64,000 nucleotides of DNA from Nitrospirales bacterium. GTDB lineage: Bacteria > Nitrospirota > Nitrospiria > Nitrospirales > UBA8639. The notes beneath the pieces were generated by a model. The model searched no databases and was not told the origin of the DNA. It worked only from the letters and a program-made list of their open reading frames with translations. The translations under genes were made by a program, and so were the position numbers. Below are positions 17,834-27,760 of this stretch, in pieces. Location of the stretch: assembly GCA_963422365.1 (NCBI GenBank), contig OY729426.1, forward strand, positions 928,001 to 992,000. The letters are read 5' to 3'. Numbering within the stretch: the first letter of the stretch is position 1; every line of letters starts with the position of its first letter.

Positions 17834-20089
17834 GGCGGGCTCGTCCTGTTGCGCACGAATAACTACGGGGCAGCGATAGCAGGAGATTCCCTTCTCTATC
17901 TCTCTGTGGCGGAAAATCTGCTGGATGGAAACAGCTTCGTCGCATGGCACACTAAGAGAATCTACCTGGATGGGGCGCCCCTGTTTCCGCTGGCGGTGGC
18001 TGGAGTCGGCCTGTTAGGCGTGGAGGTTCTCGAAGCCGCCCGGTACCTGAACGCCGCCGCCTTCGGGCTGACCGTCTTCGTGACCGCGATGTGGCTGCGC
18101 TGCCGCGTCGCACCACACTTTCTGGTCCTTTGGTCCGCCTGTGCCTGCGCTCTGTCCGTGTCTCTGTCCACCAGCGCCGCATCGGTCATGACGGAGACTC
18201 TTTTCCTCCTGTTCGCCACGCTCTCGCTGTTCAGCTTGGATCGCTTCCTGGATACGCGTCAGAAGTGGCTGCTGCTCACGGCGGGCCTTTGCGCGGGTTT
18301 GGCGTGGGCGACCCGCTACATCGGCGTCACCGTCGTGGCCAGCGCCCTGCTTCTGTTGCTGTTGCAGGGCAGGACGGCGTTCCCCACCAGGATAAGGTAC
18401 GCCGCCCTCTTCGCTATCATTGCCGGGGCGCCCGTGGGCCTGTGGATGCTGCGCAACGTTCTGCACACGGGTATGCCGTTGGGCGTTGTGTACCCGACAG
18501 GCTTCTCCCTGCTGTCCAGTCTCCATGTTGCCAGTGATGAGTTTATCGAATGGATGATTGGGGAGAACGCGTTTCGTTTTTTAGGCGCCAGGCTCGCCGA
18601 AATTGTAGCTGGCATCACCGAAGGGGGCGAGATTGTCTTCATGTCGTTGAAGGTCGGTTTCCTGCTGGCGGTGGCATCCGGTGTCATCTATGCGCTGATA
18701 CGCCTGCGTCGACGAGGTTACGCGCAAAGCTGGAGCATATGGGCCGTCCCCGTCGCCTTCGCATCCATCTATGGGGTTTTCCTTACGTTTCACCTGCCGC
18801 TTATCGATGTGAACCTCCCTCCAAGGTATCTCGCGCCGCTCTATGTGCCGTTGCTGGTGGCGGCAACATTGTTTCTGAACGAGGTCCTGCGTTGCGCCGC
18901 CCCTGCGCGTTCGTTGGCAATGCCATCCTTCCTGCGGAAATGGAGCGGCGGGGCCAAAACGATTGCAAACGGACCTGCACTCGCCCTGACGGCCTGTCTG
19001 TCGCTCTGGCTCTTCTCGCATTCGTACGCAAACTATAGTGACATACGACATTGGGTGAACAACGGTTACGGCTACGCATCCAGGCAATGGCGAGATTCCA
19101 GCACCATCCGCTATTTGGACAATTACCTGCACGATGAAGATGTCTGGAGCAACAACGCTACCTCAATTCAATTCCTGTTGGATGCGCCCGGCCGGAACAG
19201 CAACAAGCTGCCTTACGCCAGGCCGACGCCGGACAACTTGCGCCGCTGGCTGGGCATCGACGGCTGGATCCGCCAGTTCGATCCGTACATCGTCTGGTTC
19301 CATGGCGTGAACGAAGCGCGTTACGACTACGACCTTGCGGAGCTCGCTGCGCTGCCCGGCGTGCAGGTGGAGGCGGTTCTGGAAGACGGCGTCGTGTTCA
19401 AAGCCGTGGGGCCGCGCATCGGCTTCCACGTGTCCTATGACAAAAACGAGAACAAGCTGATCTATGTCAGGGAAAATTGCCGCGCGGAGGACCTCGAAGC
19501 ACCGGTCTTCCTGCGCGTCTTCCCGATGGACAAGGCCGACCTGCCCGACAGCCGCCGCCGTTACGGTTCCGACAACCTCGATTTTCATCTCGGCAGAAGA
19601 GTTTCATACTTGGACGGACGATGCGTTGCGGAGCGCGATCTCCCCGACTACGCCATCGCCCGTATGGACACCGGCCAATACACTGCCGAAGGGCGGATAT
19701 GGAGGGTATGGCTCCACCCTTCCGACGACGCCGAGCGCCGTCCGTCGTACCAGCAAATCATGGCTGACGGACCGATTATCCGCGCCGACTTCGACATGTA
19801 CCTGGACGACTACAGCCTGATTTACGTCAAGGAAGGATGCCGCGCGGAGGACCTCGACGCCCCTGTCTTTCTGCACGTCTTCCCGATGGACAAGGCCGAC
19901 CTGCCCGACAGCCGCCGCCGTGACGGTTTCGAACACCTCGATTTTCATCTCGTCAGAAGAGTTTTATACCTGGACGGAAGATGCATTGCGGTGCGTGATC
20001 TTCCCGACTATCCCATTGGCCGCATCCACACTGGCCAGTTCATACAAGGTCAAGGCAGGCTGTGGACGAGTGAATTCAGTCCCGATTGA
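17774..20089 (+). CDS. Gene C: ArnT/PMT-like (GT-C fold) glycosyltransferase with two C-terminal two-Cys domains
   Basis: ATGA overlap with gene B; GDSLLYLSVAENLLDG, APLFPL, MTETLF, ATRYIG, RYLAPLY; about 12 TMs, then an extracytoplasmic region. Confidence 0.82.
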   Translation: MRRFGIDGFTALLAAIGALAGGLVLLRTNNYGAAIAGDSLLYLSVAENLLDGNSFVAWHTKRIYLDGAPLFPLAVAGVGLLGVEVLEAARYLNAAAFGLTVFVTAMWLRCRVAPHFLVLWSACACALSVSLSTSAASVMTETLFLLFATLSLFSLDRFLDTRQKWLLLTAGLCAGLAWATRYIGVTVVASALLLLLLQGRTAFPTRIRYAALFAIIAGAPVGLWMLRNVLHTGMPLGVVYPTGFSLLSSLHVASDEFIEWMIGENAFRFLGARLAEIVAGITEGGEIVFMSLKVGFLLAVASGVIYALIRLRRRGYAQSWSIWAVPVAFASIYGVFLTFHLPLIDVNLPPRYLAPLYVPLLVAATLFLNEVLRCAAPARSLAMPSFLRKWSGGAKTIANGPALALTACLSLWLFSHSYANYSDIRHWVNNGYGYASRQWRDSSTIRYLDNYLHDEDVWSNNATSIQFLLDAPGRNSNKLPYARPTPDNLRRWLGIDGWIRQFDPYIVWFHGVNEARYDYDLAELAALPGVQVEAVLEDGVVFKAVGPRIGFHVSYDKNENKLIYVRENCRAEDLEAPVFLRVFPMDKADLPDSRRRYGSDNLDFHLGRRVSYLDGRCVAERDLPDYAIARMDTGQYTAEGRIWRVWLHPSDDAERRPSYQQIMADGPIIRADFDMYLDDYSLIYVKEGCRAEDLDAPVFLHVFPMDKADLPDSRRRDGFEHLDFHLVRRVLYLDGRCIAVRDLPDYPIGRIHTGQFIQGQGRLWTSEFSPD

Positions 20090-20494
20090 TGGACAGTCTC
20101 ATCGTGACCAAACCCCAAGCCGCAGCGTGAAATGCCATGAAGCCCGCTGATTATTTCTATCTGCTTCTGGCGCCCGTACTGCTGTCCGCCGGACAGGTCC
20201 TGTTTAAGAAAACGGCGGACGCGGCGGTCACGCATTCGCTGTCCCGATTTCTCGGCTCGCTGCTCGCCAGCCCGCACTTCTGGGCCGCCCTTTTCATTTA
20301 CGGCGCGGCGACGCTTTTGTGGGTGTTCACGCTGTCCCGCGTGCCGCTCGGCCGGGCCATGCCCTTCGTCGCCCTGACCTTCGTCATCGTGCCATTGATT
20401 GGCGCGGCGTTCTTCGGCGAGCGGCTGAACCTTCTGTACTGGCTGGGCGTCTGCGTCATCGTCATCGGCGTTTGCATGACGGTCGCGGCTCAGG
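19988..20494 (+). repeat. Homology block R3, copy 1 (domain 3' end, spacer and SMR/EamA gene)
   Basis: Direct repeat of 22967-23472. Confidence 0.92.
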
Positions 20495-20511
20495 CCGCGG
20501 CCGCAAGATAG
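20137..20511 (+). CDS. Small EamA/SMR (ArnE/F-like) transporter, putative lipid-linked sugar flippase
   Basis: 124 aa, 4 TMs; GQVLFKK, LWVFTLSRVPLGRAMPFVAL, FFGERL. Confidence 0.82.
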   Translation: MKPADYFYLLLAPVLLSAGQVLFKKTADAAVTHSLSRFLGSLLASPHFWAALFIYGAATLLWVFTLSRVPLGRAMPFVALTFVIVPLIGAAFFGERLNLLYWLGVCVIVIGVCMTVAAQAAAAR

Positions 20512-20710
20512 CGAGCTTTGCGCGCGGACGGATTCGAAATCATGCAATGGTGCGGGCTTGCTTGGTGCCTGACGCTTCTGGCGCTGGCGGTTACTTTCGG
20601 CGCGCTCTGTGCTTTCTTCCATTGGCGAACGATTTTGATGGTGACGGTGAGAAGGGATAAAGCCGTCTACGAGCTTGCAGGGCGGCGATTGGGTATAGTA
20701 TGGCTTTGAT

Positions 20711-23068
20711 ATGGTCCTGGAATCGCCCTCAATGGAAATGCGTAGGCACCGTCCCACATTGACGAAGATGGCGCACAGGGTTCTCGTTGTCTTTATCCTC
20801 TCGAAATGTGCTGCACTCGACGTAATGGCGCAGCCGGCATTCAAGCTTGAACCGATCGCCGATGGCGCGGCATTCGCGAAACGGGCCGATCTGGCCCCGG
20901 GCGACACCCTCGAACTGGCCGTCCATGCAAAGAACGCCCGCCGCCTAACCTTCCAGATAGAGCGAATCGGGCGGAAATATGAGCACCAGCCCGCGGAACA
21001 CTGTTATGACGGGATCGGCGGGGATGCCATAGCGGATTATCCGGTTCAGATAGGTTGCCCTTCCAGCCATATACGGAGAGGCTGGTTCAACTGCCGTTCA
21101 TGCAACGGCGTATGGCTTGCGTCCGTGAACAGCGACGCTGAATGCCGATGGTTCATGCTGCGGCTACCGCAGCCCGCCAAGTTACCAGCCCTACACGCCC
21201 CCCCAAGTCCCTTACCCCCACTTTCCCTAATGGCAGGCCCACAGCCCGCGCCGGTGATTCAGGAATTCCGCGGCAACCGCTATGTGTCGTTTGCCACGTG
21301 GGAATACAACGTTAAGGTGCCCATTCCGGAAGACTGGCCAAATGGCTTCTACAGATTCGTTGTGTTCTCTCCCAATGGAGCCGTGCAAGAAAGGGTACCG
21401 TTCCATGTTGAGAACCTATCCAAGCCGGCGGCGGTATGCTTCGTGTCCTCTCACCTGACTGCGGCGGCGTACAATACAGCCTTTGGAGCGAGCCTTTACA
21501 AAGGGTTCGACGGGGATGCGTACCAGTCCAAGTTGCGAGCTTCCGCCGTCACCATGCAGCGGCCGCGAAGCGCCTATTATTCCCATATCTGGCCGGCTGT
21601 GAAATTTATCGAACGTTTGGATGTACCAATCCGCTATACAACGACCCTGGCGGTTCACAAAGACCCGACCTTGCTCGATGGGTGCCGCGCTATCGTTCTA
21701 GCCTTTCATCCCGAGTACATATCGGCCCGGCTGCGTAATGCCATTGTGGAGGCCATCGAGCGGGGTGTGCATCTGTTGTCCTTCTCCGCCAATGCCTTCT
21801 ACTGGCGGGTGGAGTTGGATCAAGACGCCTACGGCCACGACATCATGATCCTTGATAGGGCTGGCGGCGATCAGTGGAGAAACCAGGGCACTTTATTCAG
21901 CGAACAAAACATCTTCGGAGCCCAGTATATAAGTGGCGCCTGGGGCGGCGAACCTATGCCCTTTGTTGTGGAACCCCGTATGGGCGCCCATGAAACGCCG
22001 GACCCGGGACTTATGTCACATTGGATATTCGAGGGCACGGGATTGCGTTTCGGAGACAGAATCGCCGACCTAATGAGCGGGGAGGTTGACTCGCTTGATC
22101 CGTCCTTCCCTGTTCCTGACGTGCAGGAGCAGATTGTGTTCCTCTCCCCTTACTACAATCATGAAGGAAAAGAGTTCATGGCGCACACGTCGTACTTCAT
22201 GCGCCCGAGCGGCCAGATGACTTTTCATTCGGCGTCGTTGCGGTTCCAGCACGCCTTGGCGTCCGCAAAGGAACCGGAAAGGAAAATCCAGCGGATGATC
22301 AAGAATATCCTGAGGAAGATGCTGCATCCGGACGACGGACTCATATCCAAAAGCAGCAGCAAGGATTCGCACACCTTCCGCTATGCCAAGTCTCATCTGC
22401 ACGACGGCCGTATCTGGAGCAATCGCAGCGATATGTCCTATTTCCCGATGTATATAAGGGAAAAGGTTTACTCACTGCCGACATCTCTACCGTATCCGGA
22501 CGACGTGTGTCGCTGGGTCGGCTGTGGCGCCACAGGATCTAATGTCTATCTCGTCTGGTTCTACGAGGCAGAAACGTCACGTTACGAATACGGACCCAAG
22601 GAGCTTGCCGCATCGTTGCCCGGCATGCAGGTCGAGGCGACTCTGGAGGATGGAATCATATTCAAGATCAGCAAGGATTCATGCAACAATACGGAACATC
22701 TGGATAAAAAGACAATTCTGGAGACTATCGGCGAGGACGCCCGACTGCTTACCCGCTCTGACTTTGATGTGTATCAGGACAAGAACGAAAACAGGCTGAT
22801 TTACGTCCGGGAGGAATGTGGCGGCGAAGATAGTCGCCCTGAATTTTTTCTGCACATCTTCCCCGTGAACAGAGCAGACCTCCCTGCAGAGCGCCGCCGC
22901 TTTACTTATGACAATTTGGATTTTTGCTTCGATTATCACGGGTTTCATGACGGTGCGCGTTGCGTGGCGGTGCGTGATCTTCCCGACTATCCCATTGCCC
23001 GCATCCGAACCGGCCAGTTCATACAGGGTCAAGGCAGACTGTGGACGAGTGAATTCAATCCCGATTGA
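20711..23068 (+). CDS. Gene D: secreted N,N-dimethylformamidase-beta-like domain fused to the gene-C-type extracytoplasmic tail and a two-Cys domain
   Basis: AYNTAFGASLY...TMQRP, HPEYIS, LSFSANAFYWRV, HWIFEGTGL..GD...GEVD. The C-terminus (IWSN...VWFY...RYEY...LPGMQVEATLEDGIIFK) parallels gene C. Start possibly 20768. Confidence 0.72.
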   Translation: MVLESPSMEMRRHRPTLTKMAHRVLVVFILSKCAALDVMAQPAFKLEPIADGAAFAKRADLAPGDTLELAVHAKNARRLTFQIERIGRKYEHQPAEHCYDGIGGDAIADYPVQIGCPSSHIRRGWFNCRSCNGVWLASVNSDAECRWFMLRLPQPAKLPALHAPPSPLPPLSLMAGPQPAPVIQEFRGNRYVSFATWEYNVKVPIPEDWPNGFYRFVVFSPNGAVQERVPFHVENLSKPAAVCFVSSHLTAAAYNTAFGASLYKGFDGDAYQSKLRASAVTMQRPRSAYYSHIWPAVKFIERLDVPIRYTTTLAVHKDPTLLDGCRAIVLAFHPEYISARLRNAIVEAIERGVHLLSFSANAFYWRVELDQDAYGHDIMILDRAGGDQWRNQGTLFSEQNIFGAQYISGAWGGEPMPFVVEPRMGAHETPDPGLMSHWIFEGTGLRFGDRIADLMSGEVDSLDPSFPVPDVQEQIVFLSPYYNHEGKEFMAHTSYFMRPSGQMTFHSASLRFQHALASAKEPERKIQRMIKNILRKMLHPDDGLISKSSSKDSHTFRYAKSHLHDGRIWSNRSDMSYFPMYIREKVYSLPTSLPYPDDVCRWVGCGATGSNVYLVWFYEAETSRYEYGPKELAASLPGMQVEATLEDGIIFKISKDSCNNTEHLDKKTILETIGEDARLLTRSDFDVYQDKNENRLIYVREECGGEDSRPEFFLHIFPVNRADLPAERRRFTYDNLDFCFDYHGFHDGARCVAVRDLPDYPIARIRTGQFIQGQGRLWTSEFNPD

Positions 23069-23472
23069 TGGACAGTCTCATCGTGACCAAACCACAAACC
23101 GCAGCGTGAAATGCCATGAAGCCCGCCGATTACTTTTATCTGCTTCTGGTGCCTGTGCTGTTGTCCGCCAGACAGGTATTGTTCAAGAAAACAGCGGACG
23201 CGGCGGTCACGCATTCGCTGTCCCGGTTTCTCGGTTCGCTGCTCGCTAGTCCGCACTTCCGGGTCGCCCGTGCGTGTACGGCGCGGCGACATTGCTGTGG
23301 GTGTTCATGTTGTCCCGGGCGCCGCTCAGCCGGGCGATGCCCTTCATCGCCCTGACCTTCGTTATCGTTCCGGCGGTCGGCGTGGCGTTCTTCGGCGAAC
23401 GGCTGAATTTCATGTACTGGCTCGGTGTCTGCGTCATCGTCATCGGCGTTTGCATGACGGTCGCGGCTCAGG
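22967..23472 (+). repeat. Homology block R3, copy 2
   Basis: Direct repeat of 19988-20494; the offset changes from 2979 to 2978 (net 1-nt deletion). Confidence 0.92.
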
Positions 23473-23483
23473 GTTCGCGGTGA
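23116..23483 (+). pseudogene. Second EamA/SMR flippase copy, frameshifted near 23260-23280
   Basis: MKPADYFYLLL...SPHF, then continues in another frame as YGAATLLWVFMLSRAPL...TVAAQ. Confidence 0.85.
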
Positions 23484-23546
23484 GGGCATGAGGATGACAG
23501 GATCTGCATCGGGCAACCTGGCGCTCGGCGTTCTGGGCGAGGCGCT

Positions 23547-24888
23547 TGTCCTGTTGCGGGAAGTCAACTGCGGCGCCGAGGGCGACTACCGCTGCGTGTA
23601 CGCAAATGTCGAAGCCGGGCAGACAGGTCGTGAGGATGCGGGCGATTCTCAGCGAACTGGCGTTGCAGGCCTGGGTGGGGCTTCGGGATGAATTCCTGGA
23701 CCTGGTCTGGTTCGACATATTGGAACAGTCGGGACCCGATGGCGCACTGAGGGAAATCCTGAGCCGCTGCTCTCAGGCTGACCCGCGCTCCCTGGTGCTG
23801 CTCATCGACGAGATTGATGCTTTGATTGGCGACACCCTGCTGTCCGTGCTGCGCCAACTGCGGCTGCGTCCGGCGAGTTTTCCGTAAAGTATCATCTTGT
23901 GCGGGGTGCGCGACTACCGCATCCATTCCAGCGCCGAACAGGCCATCATCGACGGTGGCAGCGCCTTCAACATCAAAGCCGCGTCCTTACGCCTTGGCGA
24001 TTTCTCAGAGAGGGAAGTGCGTGCGCTGCTTGTCCAACATACCGAGGAAACAGGCCAGGCGTTTACCGAGGAGGCCTTGAAGGATGAACAGCCATGGCTG
24101 GTCAACGCACTCGGCTCTCAGACCTGTTTTGAGAGCAACGCCGGTCACGGTCGAGGCCGTCACCAAAGCGCGGGAAGAACTCATCCTGCGCCGCGAGACG
24201 CATCTGGACCAGCTCACGGACAAGCTGCAAGAAGACAGGGTACGGCGGGTGGTTGAACCCTTGTTGAGCGGAGGCGACGAGCGCGACTTCTTTGCCCACG
24301 ACCTGGAGTAGGTTCGCGACCTGGGCCTTATCGCGATAGACTCACCGCTGCGCATTGCCAATCTCATCTATGCGGAAGTCGTGCCATGGGATCTCGCCTA
24401 TGCTGCTCAGGAAGGATTTGTGGAGGACACCGCTTGGTATGTGAACACCGATGGCGGTCTGAACGTCGAAAAGCTGTTGGCCGCCTTCCGGACATTCTTC
24501 CGCGAACACTCGGAGCACTAGGTAGCCCGCTTCGACTACCAGGAGGCCGGGCCACAATTATTGTTGCAGGCGTTCCTGCAACGGATTGTGAACGGCGGCG
24601 GGCGTATAGAGCGGCAATATGGTCTGGGTCGAAAACGCACTGATCTGTTAATCATCTGGCCACAAGGTGAACGCACGCGCAAGTTCGTGGTCGAGTGCAA
24701 GGTTTTGCATAAGAGCCTGGAGCACATTATTCGCGCCGGGCTTGAGCAGACCGCCGACTACATGGATCTCTGTGCAGAGGCTGGGCACCTGATTATCTTC
24801 GATCTTGGCGAGGGCCGCTGGGAAGACAAGATATTCCTCCGCCACGAGTCAACCGGCACTGTTGAAATCGAGGTGTGGGGGGATGTAA
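23547..24888 (+). pseudogene. Degraded AAA ATPase with C-terminal PD-(D/E)XK-like domain
   Basis: Pieces in several frames with stops: LVLLIDEIDALIGDTLLSVLRQLR, SAFNIKAASLRLGDF, RRETHLDQL, EAGPQLLLQAFLQRIVNGGGRIERQYGLGRKRTDL..VVECK. The 5' end with Walker A is missing. Confidence 0.85.
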
Positions 24889-24948
24889 CGTCCGTTACGG
24901 CACTAGGACGGATTGAGGAGCTTCCCGTAATTATGGGAATATGGTGGC

Positions 24949-25215
24949 ATGAAGACGACTATTGAACTCCATGACGCCACGTTTCGTCAGGCCAAGGCTC
25001 TTGCCGCTGACCGCGGTGTCATCTTGAAGCGGCTCTTCACCGAAGCACTTGACAACCAGTTCCACCGATGCGCGAACGAAACCCGTGCCGGCGAAACTGG
25101 GGTTACCTGGATGGCAGGGTTCTGAGCGCTATCGGGCCTCTCCGACGAGAACGGTCGTGTTCTCGATGCGATCGAGGAAGAGTTCGAGAGGCTCGACCAC
25201 GAAGACATTGCATGA
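24949..25215 (+). pseudogene. RHH-type antitoxin remnant (internal TGA at 25123); no toxin follows
   Basis: MKTTIELHDATFRQAKALAADRGVILKRLFTEAL...; near-palindrome TTCCCGTAATTATGGGAA (24922-24939) just upstream. Confidence 0.6.
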
Positions 25216-25796
25216 TCGGGGGTTTCTTCATAGGTTTGCTTGGACTGCCGTCCGGCAGTCCAAGCAAACCTATGTCGTCGCGGCGGCGGTGCTGTTCACC
25301 TAGGGCTTGCCCATGCTGCGCGTGGCGCTGCTGGCGGCGGTCATCCTCGTCTTCTTCAGTGGCATGGATCTGCTGAAAATCTTCATCTACGAAGGATAGC
25401 CGGACGTGATTCCATTCCTATGGGAACAATGCGGTGCAAGGGGGTTTTATTCATTGGAACCGCTCCTGGGGAGTTCATCTGAATGTCCAAGGGGTGCTGC
25501 CGACCTCCATGTGGAGCCCACAACATCGCATTCCATCCGTGCTCGCGCCGTTGCTGATGATGTAGCGTCGCCGCCACCCCCGCTTTCTGGCCGACCCCGG
25601 CCTGTTCCGGCGACGCTGCTGTCCTTCTCCTCGGTCTACGGCCTTTACGACAAGACAGGGTCTCTACCGAGGTGACCTGTCTTTCCGGGATCATGCTGAC
25701 CTTTGACAGCATAGTGGTCTTCGTGCAGGAAGGCCGCTTCCGACAGTTGCGTGTCAAGTCAGGCATGGCGCTTGCTGCCCTTTATCATCCACAGGG

Positions 25797-26405
25797 CTAG
25801 GGCATGACGTCGAGTTCAGCTAAGACTTCCTCCAAGTGACCGTTCACTTTGACCTTCTGAAAGATATCATCGATTTTCCCTTGCTCATCGATAATGAACG
25901 TCGTGCGCTCGATTCCCATAAATTTCCGGCCGTACAGCGATTTTTCTTTCCACACGCCATAGGCCTGCAACATGGTCTTCTTTTCATCACTGAGCAAGGG
26001 GAAATTAAGATTGAACTTTTTCGTAAACTTTTTGTGAGATTCCACGGAATCTCCACTGACCCCCAACACCACGGCACCGCTGGTATGAATTTCATCCAAG
26101 CCATCACGAAAGGCGCAGGATTCTTTGGTGCAACCCGGAGTATCATCTTTAGGATAAAAATACAGCACGACCTTCTTCCCCTTGAAATCAGAGAGACGCA
26201 TGATTTTCCCCTCTTGATTCGGCAAGGAAAAGGCCGGTGCCTTTTGTCCTATTTTGACCTGCACCGTTGAACGTCCGGGGACGGACTTCACGGCTTTCGT
26301 CTTTTTCGCTTGACGGCTGGTGGGCGTGGTTGATTGTTCTGTTATAGGTTTTTTCGTTCCTTCGGATGCCGTTGGTTTGTTTGTTGCTTTGGTTTTGTGG
26401 GCCAC
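25797..26405 (-). CDS. bcp: Thioredoxin-dependent peroxiredoxin Bcp with Lys/Thr-rich N-terminal extension
   Basis: VVLYFYPKDDTPGCTKESCAFRD, GVWKEKSLYGRKFMGIERTTF. Confidence 0.95.
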   Translation of the reverse strand: MAHKTKATNKPTASEGTKKPITEQSTTPTSRQAKKTKAVKSVPGRSTVQVKIGQKAPAFSLPNQEGKIMRLSDFKGKKVVLYFYPKDDTPGCTKESCAFRDGLDEIHTSGAVVLGVSGDSVESHKKFTKKFNLNFPLLSDEKKTMLQAYGVWKEKSLYGRKFMGIERTTFIIDEQGKIDDIFQKVKVNGHLEEVLAELDVMP

Positions 26406-26561
26406 GACTGCCCCCCTTCCTTGGTCACTTCATTTTTCGTAACAAGCATTCAGGCACTCAGTTTGTTTCACAAGCGGACCTTCTTCCCCGACCAAACGAT
26501 GAAAGTTTATGATATACCAAGGCTAAAAGAAAAGGCACAATCCCATCACGGTGAGGTCCAC

Positions 26562-27740
26562 GTGCAACTCGTGGTCGATGAAGAGATTCCGTTTGCTCGG
26601 GAAGCGTTTTCACATCTTGGCTCTGTGACCTTGCTTCCGGGACGAGCCATGACCCATGAGACGCTTCAGGAAGCCCACGTACTGATTGTCCGATCCGTCA
26701 CCAAGGTCAATGCCACGCTGTTAGCCGATACCAACGTGCAATTTGTGGGAACAGCGACCACGGGCGTTGAGCACGTTGACCAAACGTATTTAGCCGCTCG
26801 GAACATCGGGTTTGCTGCGGCCCTCGGTTGTAATGCGAATGCTGTCGCAGAATACGTGCTGACGGCCTTGCTTATGACGGCCCACCCCAATGGCCTCGTC
26901 CTCAGCGGAAAAACGATAGGGATCATTGGTGTCGGCCGAATCGGCAGCCTTGTGGCGGCTAAGGCGCATGCATTGGGCATGCAGACTCTTCTTCATGATC
27001 CGCCATCGGCGCGAGAAACCGGTAATCGACAATATCGGCCACTCGCTGAGGTCATACAAGCCGACTTCCTGACCCTTCACGTCCCCTTGATGCTCGATGG
27101 GCCTGACGCGACGTTTCATTTGATCGGAGAAGATGAACTTTCTCACATGTCTCCATTTTCCATGCTGATCAATACTGCACGAGGAGAAGTTGTGGACAAT
27201 GATGCCCTGCTTGAGACCTTGACCAGGCGTACCGTAGTGGGAGCGATCATGGATGTCTGGGAAAGGGAACCTTCTCTCAACTGGGATCTTCTGAACCACG
27301 TCACTCTTGGCACACCACACATTGCCGGCTACTCCTCTGACGGAAAAATCAAGGGAACGGTGATGCTGTACCACGCCTGCTGCCGTTTTTGGGGGATTGA
27401 GCCGACCTGGACGCCTCCCCCGGATCTTATAGATCCGGTACCGTCAACAACTCTCGCATCCGGGAACTCGCCCGAGATTGAATTTGATGCGACCGGCAAG
27501 GATTTCCAAACTCTCGCCCATGACATTACCGCGACGCTTTATGACCTCCAGGGAGACCATGCGCGGATGAGGGAAGTGCTCGCTCTTCCCAAGCCACTGC
27601 GGCCACAGGCATTCGACCGGCTCCGAAGGGACTATTCGCATCGAAGGGAATTCGCCTCCTCACCAATCGCCATCAAGGGTGGAGATCGAAACCTGTTTGC
27701 CCGATTACACGCCTTGGGAATCAACGCGAGACAACCCTGA
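26562..27740 (+). CDS. pdxB: 4-phosphoerythronate dehydrogenase
   Basis: GTG start after GAGGT; LIVRSVTKVN, GCNANAVAEY, GIIGVGRIG, DVWEREP, TPHIAGYS, FDRLRRDY..RREF. Confidence 0.93.
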   Translation: MQLVVDEEIPFAREAFSHLGSVTLLPGRAMTHETLQEAHVLIVRSVTKVNATLLADTNVQFVGTATTGVEHVDQTYLAARNIGFAAALGCNANAVAEYVLTALLMTAHPNGLVLSGKTIGIIGVGRIGSLVAAKAHALGMQTLLHDPPSARETGNRQYRPLAEVIQADFLTLHVPLMLDGPDATFHLIGEDELSHMSPFSMLINTARGEVVDNDALLETLTRRTVVGAIMDVWEREPSLNWDLLNHVTLGTPHIAGYSSDGKIKGTVMLYHACCRFWGIEPTWTPPPDLIDPVPSTTLASGNSPEIEFDATGKDFQTLAHDITATLYDLQGDHARMREVLALPKPLRPQAFDRLRRDYSHRREFASSPIAIKGGDRNLFARLHALGINARQP

Positions 27741-27760
27741 GCCATGTATCGAAAATGGTA

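Noticed and set aside
15458..23065. Diversity-generating retroelement (TR/VR pairs at gene 3' ends)
   Set aside because: Differences between the repeat copies are not adenine-specific and no reverse transcriptase is present in the window.
13669..23472. Integron or shufflon
   Set aside because: No tyrosine/serine recombinase, attC-like hairpins or inverted cassettes; the repeats are long direct repeats made of coding sequence.
25123..25125. Selenocysteine or readthrough at the antitoxin TGA
   Set aside because: Surrounded by other decayed genes and no SECIS-like hairpin seen; a nonsense mutation is simpler.
26334..26561. Long N-terminal extension of PdxB in the ORF track
   Set aside because: Overlaps bcp on the opposite strand; homology and SD point to GTG 26562.
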